Shown: piece after piece, positions 40,970 to 50,550 of the stretch
How positions within the stretch are numbered: position 1 is the stretch's first letter
Layout: every line of letters starts with the position of its first letter
NCBI GenBank assembly: GCA_039208735.1
Contig: JBCCQY010000029.1
Span: 10,522-74,521 of the forward strand
Source of the DNA: Myxococcota bacterium
GTDB lineage: Bacteria; Myxococcota_A; UBA796; GCA-2862545
Length of the DNA: 64,000 nucleotides
Reading direction: 5' to 3'
Made by a program: the position numbers and the translations under genes
Notes under the pieces: model-generated
Databases searched by the model: none
Told to the model about the DNA's origin: nothing
Seen by the model: the letters and a program-made list of their open reading frames with translations, nothing else

Positions 40970-43900
40970 ATGTTCACGGTCCTCGCGTTCTGGCTCGCCT
41001 GGTTCGGCTGTCGCACCGCCGACGATGAAGATGGCAACGAGCCCGTCGACTGCGCGTTTCAGGTATGGCCGGATGCGGATGGCGATGGCTACGGCGATGA
41101 TGCGGCCAAGCCCATCGTTCAATGCGACGTCGAAGCGGGATTTGCCGCGCAGGCGGGGGATTGTGACGACACCGACGCGGCCATCTCGCCCGCCGCGGAC
41201 GAAGACTGCAGCAACGTCGACCGGAACTGCGACGGCCAGGCCACTGAGGGCGCGATGGGCACGTTGTGGTATCGCGACGGCGACGGTGACGGCTATGGCA
41301 ACGGCGAGGCCCAGATGGCCTGTGTCGCGCCTGCCGACCACGTCGCACGGGATGGCGATTGCGATGATGGCGATGCATCGGTGAACCCTGGCGCTTCGGA
41401 GTGGTGCAACGAGGTCGACGATGACTGTGATGGGTCCGTCGACAATGACGCCGCCGATGTGATCACGCAGTACCTCGACGCCGATGCCGACGGATTCGGG
41501 GTGGAAAGCGTCACCGTGACGGCATGCCCCGCAGAGCCCGGCTACGCCCCGGTTCCAGGAGACTGCAACGATAAGGACGCCTCCATTGCCCCCGATCAGC
41601 CCGATCGATGCAACGACGGGATCGACGATGACTGTGACCCCAAGACCGATGAAAACGTGGTTTCGGGCGCGGCGTGGTTTGCCGACCTCGATCTCGACGG
41701 CTTTGGTGCCGGAACTGCCGCTGTGGCGTGTGAGGCGCCGTCGGCGGACCTCGTGGCCGACGGAACCGACTGCGACGACACCGATTCGGCCATCTTTCCT
41801 GGTTCGCCCGAGATTTGCGATGATATCGATAACGATTGCGATGGGCAAACGGATGAAGAGGCGGCGGATGGCACCGCCTATTACGTCGATTCAGACCTCG
41901 ACGGGTTCGGGACGGGGGAAGCGCTCGTTGCCTGTGCCCCTGTCGTGGGTCGGGTGACGGTCGACGGCGATTGCGACGATGCCAACGCCACCGTGAACCC
42001 GAGTGCGATCGAGGCGTGCGATGGCCTCGACAATGACTGCAATCCCCAGACGGTGGACGACGATGCGCCAGACGCTCCAGCGTGGGTGGTCGACGTCGAT
42101 GGAGACGGCTTTGGGGATCAAACCGCTAAGGCGGTCCAGTCGTGCATCCAACCCAAGGGGTTTGTCGCCCTGCTGGACGCAACCGACTGCGACGATGCGG
42201 ATGCTCTCGTCAACCCGGGCCGCCCCGAGGTCTGCAATGGCGGCGTGGACGATGATTGCGATCCGACGACCGACGAAGAAGCGTTGGTCACCTGGTACGC
42301 GGATGTCGATCAGGACGGGTACGGTGATCCAGGGTCGACCACCACCGCGTGCATTCAGCCCGTGGGCTTCGTTGACAATGCCGACGACTGTGACGACGTA
42401 GCGAGCGACCTCAACCCCATCGACACCCCCGGGTGCATCCAAGACCACTGCGGGACCATCGACCAGTCTGAGACTTGGCGGAACACGGTAGCACACACCG
42501 TTTCGTGCGACGTGAAGGTCGAAGGGGCAGCGAAACCCACGCTGACCGTAGAACCTGGGGTCGAGGTATCGTTCGAACCCAACACCGAACTCCGGGTCGG
42601 GGTGGGGGGAGACGGGCGCATTGTGGTCGACGGGGACGCGGCCGAGGTGTGGTTCACCTCCCGCGAGCCACTCCCCGCCGCCGGGGATTGGGACGGCCTG
42701 ACCATTGGAAGCCGGGATCAAAGCTCGGTGCTGACTGGCCTCGTGGTGGAGTATGCGGGGCGCGATGGCATTGGGGGCGTACGCCTGTATGGGGACGACA
42801 TCATCGTGGACCGGCTTACCGCGAGGTACAACGCCAACGATGGGCTGCACGTCGACGCAGGTGAGCCGAGCATCGTGGGGAGCACGTTCACCAACAACAC
42901 GGGCAATGGGGTAACCATCGACACCTCGGCCGGGTTGTCGCGACTCGATACCGCGGGCACGCCAGGGCCGAGCTTTCAAAACAACGTGTCGACCGCGAAC
43001 CTCGGGCGACCGCTAACCTTACCGGGCGACGTGGCCGATGAGATCGACCCGAACTGCCTGCTTACGGGCAACGTGGTGGACGCCATCGAGCTGACGTCAG
43101 GCACCCTGCGGTTCACGGGAACCTGGGCCGATCACGGCATTCCCTATGAAGTACGCGCCAATGCGACGATCAACGTCGAGGACGGTCCCCAGGCCCAGTT
43201 GACCATCGCGGACGGGGTCGAGATTGTCTTCGACACGTCGGCCGGCATGCGGATTGGCTATTCCGAAGCTGGGCAACTCATCGTGGACGGCCACACCGAA
43301 GGGGTGGTGATGACCGGCACCTCCGAAATCGTGGCCCTCTCGGACAGCTGGGACGGGCTCACGTTTGGCCCGAATGATCTCGGAAGCGTCGTGAATGGCC
43401 TCCTCATCGAATACGGAGGCAGCAACGCATTCGGCAACCTCTACCTCTGGGATGCGTCGCCGACGTTTACGAACGTGGTCTCACGGTATGCGGATGGGGA
43501 TGGGTTGGCGGTGACCGGTTCATCGGCCGCACCTTCGATCGCCGACTCGCGTTTCGAAGACAATGACGAGTACGGGGTGAACGTCGCGTCCAACAGCGGC
43601 TTGGTCCCCGATACGGGATTCAGCGGCAACGTGTGCTCGGGTAACGGCTTGGCTCCCATGGTGTTGCCTCCAGATGCGTTGGGGGCCCTCGATGCGACGT
43701 CGAGCTTTGCGGGCAATGGCCAAGCCATTCAAGTGCACAGCGGAACCGTGCTGAACGACGCCACCTGGTCGCTCGTAGATGAGACCTACGAGATGACAGG
43801 AACGATCTTCATCGGGGGACCTCGGGACCCAGTGGTGACGGTCGAGGACGGGGTGCACATGACGTTTGCTCGCAACACCACCTTCAACGTAGGAACCAAC

Positions 43901-44887
43901 GACGATGGCAGCCTCATCGTGTTGGGTGACGAAACCGGGGTGGTCATGGAGAGCGCCGAACCCATCCCCGGTGAGGGCGACTGGTACGGCATGCGAGTGG
44001 GGGCGAATCGCGGCGATGCGACGACCGCATTGCAGGGCCTTACCCTCCGTCACGCGGGGGGCTCGGATACCGGCGTGGGCGCTGCGCTTGAACTCATCGA
44101 CACCGATGGGTGCGGCACGCAAGAGGACGAGCTGGTGCTCGAGGACTTGGTGATCGAACGTTCATCGAAGTACGCGCTATATGCGGCCGCATGGTCAACG
44201 CTCCGCATCGATGGAGCCGTATTCACCGATAACGTCGACGGTTGTGTCTACCTCGATGCTTCGTCGTTCTGTCAGGGGCCGACCGTCACGTCGTTCACCG
44301 GCAACACGTGCACGGGCTCGTCCGAGTTTGGGGTGTGGCCGCTTTCGGAGGCGGATGCGCTGGACGAGACTTCGGTATATCCCGGGCCCATTTTGTTCGA
44401 CGATGCGGCGCTGTCGACCGACGTGACGCTCAAGAACCTTGGCGTGCCCTACCACTTCCTGTCTTCGGTCACGGTTGGAGATTCGAGTGGGCCCGTGCTG
44501 ACGGTGGAGTCGGGGAACACGTTGGTGTTCGACTTTGGTGAGGGCTTGTACGTCGCGACCTCGAATTCCGGCGGAGTAGTGTTTGAACCCGGTACGCCCG
44601 AGACCACGCTGACCTCCATCGCCAACTCGCCCGCTCCAGGAGACTGGGACGGCCTACGCATCGGAACGTTCTGCACCGTGGCGGACGTCGAGGATGTCGT
44701 GCTGACCTATGGCGGTGACAACGGCGTAGGCTCGCTTTACATCGATCGCTGCAATGTTGGTGGGCTCATCGATCGAGTGACCATCGAACAGAGCAGCACC
44801 TGCGGCTTGTACTACGACGACGGCCTGTCCACGATGACCGTAGGAACCGTCCAATACGCCGGGAACGGAACGGACGTTTGCCCGTAG
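40970..44887 (+). CDS. Large surface lipoprotein: 7 MopE-type (DxDGDG..DCDD..CxG.D.DCD) repeats + beta-helix region
   Basis: Signal ending WFGC. Seven DxDxDG(Y/F)G units, then four ~150-220-aa units each containing 'LT+E.G..+.F...GDW.G'. Confidence 0.85.
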   Translation: MFTVLAFWLAWFGCRTADDEDGNEPVDCAFQVWPDADGDGYGDDAAKPIVQCDVEAGFAAQAGDCDDTDAAISPAADEDCSNVDRNCDGQATEGAMGTLWYRDGDGDGYGNGEAQMACVAPADHVARDGDCDDGDASVNPGASEWCNEVDDDCDGSVDNDAADVITQYLDADADGFGVESVTVTACPAEPGYAPVPGDCNDKDASIAPDQPDRCNDGIDDDCDPKTDENVVSGAAWFADLDLDGFGAGTAAVACEAPSADLVADGTDCDDTDSAIFPGSPEICDDIDNDCDGQTDEEAADGTAYYVDSDLDGFGTGEALVACAPVVGRVTVDGDCDDANATVNPSAIEACDGLDNDCNPQTVDDDAPDAPAWVVDVDGDGFGDQTAKAVQSCIQPKGFVALLDATDCDDADALVNPGRPEVCNGGVDDDCDPTTDEEALVTWYADVDQDGYGDPGSTTTACIQPVGFVDNADDCDDVASDLNPIDTPGCIQDHCGTIDQSETWRNTVAHTVSCDVKVEGAAKPTLTVEPGVEVSFEPNTELRVGVGGDGRIVVDGDAAEVWFTSREPLPAAGDWDGLTIGSRDQSSVLTGLVVEYAGRDGIGGVRLYGDDIIVDRLTARYNANDGLHVDAGEPSIVGSTFTNNTGNGVTIDTSAGLSRLDTAGTPGPSFQNNVSTANLGRPLTLPGDVADEIDPNCLLTGNVVDAIELTSGTLRFTGTWADHGIPYEVRANATINVEDGPQAQLTIADGVEIVFDTSAGMRIGYSEAGQLIVDGHTEGVVMTGTSEIVALSDSWDGLTFGPNDLGSVVNGLLIEYGGSNAFGNLYLWDASPTFTNVVSRYADGDGLAVTGSSAAPSIADSRFEDNDEYGVNVASNSGLVPDTGFSGNVCSGNGLAPMVLPPDALGALDATSSFAGNGQAIQVHSGTVLNDATWSLVDETYEMTGTIFIGGPRDPVVTVEDGVHMTFARNTTFNVGTNDDGSLIVLGDETGVVMESAEPIPGEGDWYGMRVGANRGDATTALQGLTLRHAGGSDTGVGAALELIDTDGCGTQEDELVLEDLVIERSSKYALYAAAWSTLRIDGAVFTDNVDGCVYLDASSFCQGPTVTSFTGNTCTGSSEFGVWPLSEADALDETSVYPGPILFDDAALSTDVTLKNLGVPYHFLSSVTVGDSSGPVLTVESGNTLVFDFGEGLYVATSNSGGVVFEPGTPETTLTSIANSPAPGDWDGLRIGTFCTVADVEDVVLTYGGDNGVGSLYIDRCNVGGLIDRVTIEQSSTCGLYYDDGLSTMTVGTVQYAGNGTDVCP

Positions 44888-44888
44888 G

Positions 44889-45842
44889 CTACAGCGCTTC
44901 GAGGCAGAGGTGGCCTTGGCCCCGGTCAAAGTGCACCGAATCCGCTGAATCGCCACAATCAGCATAGAGATCGAGAAACTGCGGGCATTCATCGACGATC
45001 GCGCAGTAGTGGCGCATCTCAAGCGTGTTGGGGCTCTGCGTGTCGAAATAGAACGTGCCGATGTAGACGCGATCGGGAACCCGTCCACCATTGTCGTAGT
45101 CCTGGATCACAAACTCATTGCCACAGTTTTGGTTGAACGGCAGACCGGTTGGATTCTGGTCATTGTACAAGCGGAAGTAGGACGATTCGTTGCGTTGCTT
45201 CGCGCCCGATTCCGCAACGTCGTCCTTGTAGACCGCGTACCAGCCGGAGTGGTTGGGTGGGTCGAGTTCGTAGGTCGCCACCTGATGGGGCCGACGGCCC
45301 AAGAGGAACTTGCGCCGGTCACCCGCGAGCTTCATCCCAACTTTACTGTCGCAATCATCACGATCGAACTGGCTTGCGAGCTGATTGCTGATCGATACCC
45401 CATGCACCGTCAGGTCACTGACGCCAAACAGGCTCCCAAACACCATGGTGGCCGTTGGTCTTTGAATGGTCGCTTTGGTGGCTTCGATGGCATCCATGTC
45501 GGTCACGAGGTCACCGGTCTTGCGGTCGACCCAGCCCCATTCGAGGTTCGTGATCGTGAAGGTCCCGGCGCCCCACCGCACAGGGTGGTTGTGCACGACA
45601 TGATTGGCCAGGGCCTTGGCCTCCTCGACCGACTTGCCATGGGCGTAGGCCACGATGGCCGTCTGGGCGGCGGCAAACGCGACGGCATCCGATTCACTTG
45701 CCGCAAGCGAGGCAATACTCAAGTCCAACGCGAGCGCACCAACCCCAAGAAACGGTATGGCGCACAGTGCGGTGACCAAGGCGTATTGGCCGCGTCGACA
45801 TGGGACCGTCTTGGGAATCATGCGCTCCTCCGTGTAAATCAT
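44889..45842 (-). CDS. Tad/TadG-like pseudopilin-domain protein with Cys-containing C-terminal domain
   Basis: Prepilin-like 'RRGQYALVTALCAIPFLGVGALALDLS...DAVAFAAA'. Start 45842 or 45821. Confidence 0.7.
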   Translation of the reverse strand: MIYTEERMIPKTVPCRRGQYALVTALCAIPFLGVGALALDLSIASLAASESDAVAFAAAQTAIVAYAHGKSVEEAKALANHVVHNHPVRWGAGTFTITNLEWGWVDRKTGDLVTDMDAIEATKATIQRPTATMVFGSLFGVSDLTVHGVSISNQLASQFDRDDCDSKVGMKLAGDRRKFLLGRRPHQVATYELDPPNHSGWYAVYKDDVAESGAKQRNESSYFRLYNDQNPTGLPFNQNCGNEFVIQDYDNGGRVPDRVYIGTFYFDTQSPNTLEMRHYCAIVDECPQFLDLYADCGDSADSVHFDRGQGHLCLEAL

Positions 45843-46023
45843 CGGAGCGCCTGTCGGATCGCGACGCGGTGAAATGCGAGTCCTCATCGTTACGCCGGGT
45901 CCACTTCGGAAACCTGCTGGCGCGAGAGGCGACGAGGTACGATTGCTTGGGCCCGGGCCGGGCCGTCTCGCGGTTCGGCCGGCAGCCTTGACGGGATTGA
46001 CGGTGGAGCACCGAGGAGAAAGC

Positions 46024-47202
46024 TTGGTCGATGGGCAGGCCTCTCGTGAAGCATTGCGGTTTCAAGAGATCGACCTGCTCCGCGGGATCATCATGGTCTT
46101 GATGACCCTCGACCACGTCCGAGACTACGCGTGGGGGGCCGCGGTCGGTGACCCCATGCGGGTGGGCGAAGTGAGTGGAGGCATGTTCGTCACGCGGTTT
46201 CTAAGCCACTTCTGTGCTCCACTCTTCATCGTGCTGGCCGGCATGTCGGCGAGGTTCCTGCAGCTCAAGGGAATGTCGACGGCCGAGTTGTCTCGTCACC
46301 TGGCCCTTCGAGGCGCATTGCTCGTGGTTCTCGAGGTCACCGTCGTCGATCTGGCGTGGAACTTCTATCCGCCGTACCCCATCACCTATCTGCAGATCAT
46401 TTGGGCGATTGGCTGGTCAATGGTGTTCTTGGCCATCCTTGTGCGTTTGCCAATGGTGGCGATCGGAACCGCGGGGGGAGTGTTGACCGTGGGCCATGGG
46501 GTCATCGAGGCCCTTCGTCCCGCTGAGCTCCATGGGTGGGGCTACGTCTGGTTTAGCGTCCTGTTCGAAAAGAACGTCCTCGACACGGGGCTTGGCTTTG
46601 CTGTGCGAACCACCTACCCGCTGGTCGCTCCGATGGGCCTGATCGCCATCGGCTACGTCCTGGGCGGATGCTACGCTCCGGGCGTCTCGCAGGCTCAGCG
46701 CCGCAAGGTGTGGGTCGTTGCCGCAATCACAGGCCTGCTGGCCTACGCGGTACTACGCCTCACCCACCTGGGCGATCCACATCCCTTCGTTGCCTTCGAC
46801 AATCCCTGGTGGACGTTGATGTCCTTTTTCAACCCCACCAAATATCCGCTGTCGCTGCAGTTCGTCCTGCTCACGGTTTCGCCCGGATTGCTGTGGCTCA
46901 CCATCACCGAGGTTCCCCGATGGACCAGGCCGTTGCTCGCATTGGGGCGCGTGCCGCTGTTCTACTACATCGTTCACCTCTACGTGATCCACGCCGCCAT
47001 GCTGGGACTGGCCTTCCTCCAAGGCTTTGGCCCCCAGACGATGGATTTCCAAGCTCGGTTGGGTGGGGTTCCGGAGGGGTTTGGCCTGCCGTTGTGGGCC
47101 GTCTATGTCACCGCAGGTGCCATCTCAGCGGCGTTGGTCCCGCTATGCGACCTCTACGGGCGGGCACGGAGTCGCTACGGAGGCTTCCTCCGCTTTTTTT
47201 GA
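46024..47202 (+). CDS. DUF1624 / HGSNAT-like membrane acyltransferase-family protein
   Basis: IDLLRGIIMVLMTLDHVRD, HFCAPLF, KYPLSLQF and GRVPLFYYIVHLY motifs. TTG at 46024 follows GAGGAG (the ORF is open from 45874). Confidence 0.85.
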   Translation: MVDGQASREALRFQEIDLLRGIIMVLMTLDHVRDYAWGAAVGDPMRVGEVSGGMFVTRFLSHFCAPLFIVLAGMSARFLQLKGMSTAELSRHLALRGALLVVLEVTVVDLAWNFYPPYPITYLQIIWAIGWSMVFLAILVRLPMVAIGTAGGVLTVGHGVIEALRPAELHGWGYVWFSVLFEKNVLDTGLGFAVRTTYPLVAPMGLIAIGYVLGGCYAPGVSQAQRRKVWVVAAITGLLAYAVLRLTHLGDPHPFVAFDNPWWTLMSFFNPTKYPLSLQFVLLTVSPGLLWLTITEVPRWTRPLLALGRVPLFYYIVHLYVIHAAMLGLAFLQGFGPQTMDFQARLGGVPEGFGLPLWAVYVTAGAISAALVPLCDLYGRARSRYGGFLRFF

Positions 47203-47267
47203 TTCCGTGATCTTTTTTCGAAGCGACGTTGCTCTAGATTCGTTTTTCGTTTAGAACGGCGCCGAAC

Positions 47268-47282
47268 TGAAAGTCATTTTCA
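47268..47282. promoter_or_regulatory. Fur-like 7-1-7 box upstream of nicotianamine synthase
   Basis: TGAAAGT-C-ATTTTCA, the exact reverse complement of 52533-52547. Resembles TGATAATnATTATCA. Confidence 0.75.
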
Positions 47283-47310
47283 ACAACAGGCCGATCAAGC
47301 GAGACCTGTC

Positions 47311-48345
47311 ATGAAACATCACCCTGTCCGGTCTCCGTTTGGAGAGCCGGCCGTGGCTTCGTGCGCCGTGGACGCGCAGGAGATTTCTTCAGCTGCTCAC
47401 ATGGTCCTCCGCCGCTTGGTCGATGGCCCAACCAGTGTCTACCAAGCCTTGACCGACCACATCGTTGCGAGCCAATCGCCGTTCGAGCCCTGTCCGACGG
47501 TCAATGGGGCGCTGAGAGGGTTGGTCAAAACCCTACAGGGTGAGGGGCTTGCCGAGCCGGAGGAGATTCGCGCGGTGCATGCCCAGGCTCTGACACTGCT
47601 TCAGCAGGTTGAAGAGTGGCAGGATCGAGCGCACACCGTGCGGGACTTTGCGGGGCGAGCGGAAGCCGCACTCGAACGAGCGTACGCCCCCACACTTGCT
47701 GTGGAGCACTCGCCATCGGCCACGCCGCTGGCGAGGCTTTGCGACGCCCTCGGTCCGTTTCCCTATCTTGAGAACTATCAGCGACTTGTAGAGGCGGAAT
47801 CTCGCTTGTTGCGGGGAGTCCGGCACGTGTGGTTCGGAGGAGCAGGTCCTGCACCCCTTACCGGGTTGCTGCTTCATGCCACCCTCGGCGTGCGCGTAAC
47901 CCTCGTGGACGTCGATGCCGAAGCGGTCGAAGTGAGCCAAGCCCTCGTGACCCGACTCGAACGGATGGGGGCATTGATTCCTGGTTTTGTGCAGACTCGC
48001 CATGCCGATCTTCGGGACGGGATCGACACCGATGACGTGGATGCGTTGTTGATTGCAAGCCTGGTGGATGAGGAGGCCAAGGTTCAAGTCGCACAGCATG
48101 TTGCGACGAAGGCCCGTAGACCTAGGCTCCTCTTTCGATCGGCTCGAGGACTGTGCAGCGCATTTGCGTATCGACCGACTCCACGCGCTCGTATCGAAGC
48201 CGCGGGATGGAGGTTTGTGGGGCACCTTGCTCCCGAAACCCAGGCCTCAGTTCGAGACCCAGAGGTCCTGGCGATTGTCGATCGACGCATTTTGAATTCA
48301 ACCGAAGTCTTTGTTGCACAGGGGCGGGAGGCCGACCGTGGGTAG
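47311..48345 (+). CDS. Nicotianamine synthase family protein
   Basis: 'P.P.VN..L..LV', 'AEAALE..YA', 'FPYLENYQRLV..E', 'FGGAGPAPLTGL', 'IASLV' and 'RSARGL...Y.P', collinear with NAS-family motifs. Confidence 0.85.
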   Translation: MKHHPVRSPFGEPAVASCAVDAQEISSAAHMVLRRLVDGPTSVYQALTDHIVASQSPFEPCPTVNGALRGLVKTLQGEGLAEPEEIRAVHAQALTLLQQVEEWQDRAHTVRDFAGRAEAALERAYAPTLAVEHSPSATPLARLCDALGPFPYLENYQRLVEAESRLLRGVRHVWFGGAGPAPLTGLLLHATLGVRVTLVDVDAEAVEVSQALVTRLERMGALIPGFVQTRHADLRDGIDTDDVDALLIASLVDEEAKVQVAQHVATKARRPRLLFRSARGLCSAFAYRPTPRARIEAAGWRFVGHLAPETQASVRDPEVLAIVDRRILNSTEVFVAQGREADRG

Positions 48346-49582
48346 TGTGATTCCGCGACGCCGATGGGTGTTTTTCATCGATCCCATCGAAGAGAGCAGC
48401 TACCCCGTCACGGAGACGGGCTACGCGATGCTCTACCGCGCATGGTGCAGAGCGAAGGTTGATGGGGATGAGGTTTATGTGGTCTACCCTTCAACCCCTC
48501 TTTCGTTCACCCCGCACCGGACGTTCGCGTCCCCTCGGTCGGTGGTGTTGGGGCGACGGTTGATCGGCTTTTCAGCTTCGCCTTACGAGCACTTTCGAAG
48601 CCAGCGAGACACCTATGACGCTGCGGCCGACGTCGGATCGTTGCCTTGCCACGAGGAAGGGCCTCCGACGGAGTTGATTCTCGAGGAGGCCGATGTCATC
48701 GTGTTCCGACAGGAGACGGGCGAACCGGTCCATCGGCGACGCCTCTTGCGGGCCTTGGCCAAATTGGAATCGCGGGTGTTGGTCTATCTTTCACCTCGCC
48801 TGGCCCTCGACCCGGAGTTTGGTTCCAAGGTCTTGCCGGGACGCATTGCGCCCGAATGCGTGCCGGTCAGCTGGTCGACCACCGACCTTCAGGGATCTCG
48901 GTACGAAAAGGTGGATGCGGCACTTGAGTTCCTGCGCGGTCCCCTGAAGCGAACGCGCACGGCGATCGTCAAGCCCGCGTTTGGCGACAACGGAGAGGGC
49001 ATCACGGTGCTCGGGGTCTCCCCGTTGGATCCCTACCTCCGGCCGCGAAACGCCCGCGACCACCTCATCGAACTGCTGCAGCGACATGGCGAGGTGGTGG
49101 TGCAGGAGTACGTGCCCTCCGTAAGGGCGCCTCGAAACGTTGAAGGCGCTCTCGATCAGGTGCCTTTGGATCGCTGTGACTTCGGTGAAATTCGATTCTT
49201 GCTCATCGATGGCACGGTGCCACGGGACCGAGCCGGGTGCCCGATCTTGGTGGCACGTCGCACCCCAACGCCGACGAGTCTGCTTGCCGACAGCGGAATC
49301 TCCTATCCAACTACGCTTTCAGATGCCGAACGTCGGTTCCTCGATCGCGTCGGCCAGGCTTACCTGCGGTACGGCATCCACTTTGGCGGAGGCGATTTGA
49401 TTCGGACGGCGAACCCAGAGCGTCCGTTCGTCTTCACCGACGCTGCCCGGGCAGTTTGCGGTCATGCGGTCGTGACGGGGGCTCTCAACGGTGAGCCCTA
49501 CTTGATCGTAGACCAGGTCCTAGACAGCATGGAGCGGCACTGGATCCGTCGGGTAGCCGAACGCCGCACGCGGGTCGCTTGA
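48338..49582 (+). CDS. Divergent glutathione-synthetase (GshB)-like ATP-grasp ligase
   Basis: FIDPIE...YAML, DVIVFR, IVKPAFGDNGEGI, VVQEYVP, GEIRFLLIDG and HFGGGDLI, collinear with the GshB fold. GTG with GGGAGG RBS overlaps the NAS stop. Confidence 0.75.
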   Translation: MGSVIPRRRWVFFIDPIEESSYPVTETGYAMLYRAWCRAKVDGDEVYVVYPSTPLSFTPHRTFASPRSVVLGRRLIGFSASPYEHFRSQRDTYDAAADVGSLPCHEEGPPTELILEEADVIVFRQETGEPVHRRRLLRALAKLESRVLVYLSPRLALDPEFGSKVLPGRIAPECVPVSWSTTDLQGSRYEKVDAALEFLRGPLKRTRTAIVKPAFGDNGEGITVLGVSPLDPYLRPRNARDHLIELLQRHGEVVVQEYVPSVRAPRNVEGALDQVPLDRCDFGEIRFLLIDGTVPRDRAGCPILVARRTPTPTSLLADSGISYPTTLSDAERRFLDRVGQAYLRYGIHFGGGDLIRTANPERPFVFTDAARAVCGHAVVTGALNGEPYLIVDQVLDSMERHWIRRVAERRTRVA

Positions 49583-49583
49583 G

Positions 49584-50408
49584 TCATGCGGGATTGGACT
49601 GACGGTAGGCGCCAGGCGTGACGCCCATCGCCTCGCGAAAGACGCGTGCGAGGTGACTCGAACTGCTGAAGCCGAGCTGGTAGGCAATGTCGCCGATGGG
49701 GAGATCCGTCGTGTTGAGGAGTTCACGGGCGCGTCGAAGGCGTTCCTGCCGAAGAAGTCCGAAGACCGAAGTGCCAAAGTGGGTGTGGAACCCTCGCGTG
49801 AGCGATCGAGGGGAAAGGCCCATCTGGGCTGCAAGGTCAACCAGCGCAGGTGGGTTGGTGAGGTCGCGCAGAAGCAATGCACGGGCCCGCGCGCTCCAAT
49901 GAGGCTCACCGTCTCCGTTTCGGAGGCGTGCGAGCAACCGAAGGGCATCCGCCTCTCGGTCGAGGTCGTCGGCCTCGTCCGGGTCGAGCAGGCGTTGGGC
50001 AAGGGTCAGGGCGTGGGGCGCGAGGACCCGTTGGCCAGCCGGGAGAAGCGCTTCGTGCAGGTGGTAGACCAGATGCTTGGCCTGGCCTGGGGGGGCGCGA
50101 CGCTCTCGCACCGGCGTATCAAAGACGTAGCCAAATCCAGGCTTGAGGACCGTCCAACCCGTATCGGTGCGGAGATGGCTCGTGCCCTGGACTGCGACGA
50201 CCACCGTAGTGCTGACGGGTTGGAGCGCCACTCGGGGACAGCTGTGGTACTCGCGGCCATACCGCATTCGTATCGCCGAAAACGCTCCTCGAGAGAGCTG
50301 AATACGACGAATCCATCCGAATCCGAACCCCGCGGGAAGCGCATAGTGTAGGCCGCCCTCACGCATCTGGCGTATTGTCATGGGTGTACCGTAGATAGCC
50401 AGGCGCAT
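49584..50408 (-). CDS. AraC family regulator (PchR/YbtA-like)
   Basis: 'LLRDLTNPPALVDLAAQMGLS...GFHTHFGTSVFG...IAYQLGFSSSSHLARVFRE.MGVTP'. Start uncertain. Confidence 0.9.
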   Translation of the reverse strand: MRLAIYGTPMTIRQMREGGLHYALPAGFGFGWIRRIQLSRGAFSAIRMRYGREYHSCPRVALQPVSTTVVVAVQGTSHLRTDTGWTVLKPGFGYVFDTPVRERRAPPGQAKHLVYHLHEALLPAGQRVLAPHALTLAQRLLDPDEADDLDREADALRLLARLRNGDGEPHWSARARALLLRDLTNPPALVDLAAQMGLSPRSLTRGFHTHFGTSVFGLLRQERLRRARELLNTTDLPIGDIAYQLGFSSSSHLARVFREAMGVTPGAYRQSNPA

Positions 50409-50550
50409 GGGGTGCTCCGCCGTGGGGTGCTCTTTCAACGTCCGTAAGGTGCTCTCGTCAACGCCAGGATGCGCGTAGAAAAGCCCTATGCAGACGGCCG
50501 CATCTTAGTTGCCTGACGCGCGCTCATTCCTCTTTTTCGGAGGCCTGTCC

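Noticed and set aside
41050..42430. Periodic GACTGCGACGA-like nucleotide repeats resembling an array
   Set aside because: These are degenerate coding repeats (DCDD motifs) within one ORF, not CRISPR repeats and spacers.
46024..47202. DUF1624 acyltransferase-like gene as part of the metallophore pathway
   Set aside because: It lies upstream of the Fur-like box and has no box of its own. Adjacency alone is insufficient, although a role is not excluded.
48338..49582. Calling this gene gshB
   Set aside because: Glutathione-specific motifs are not conserved and the context is a NAS operon, so it is left as a GshB-like ligase.
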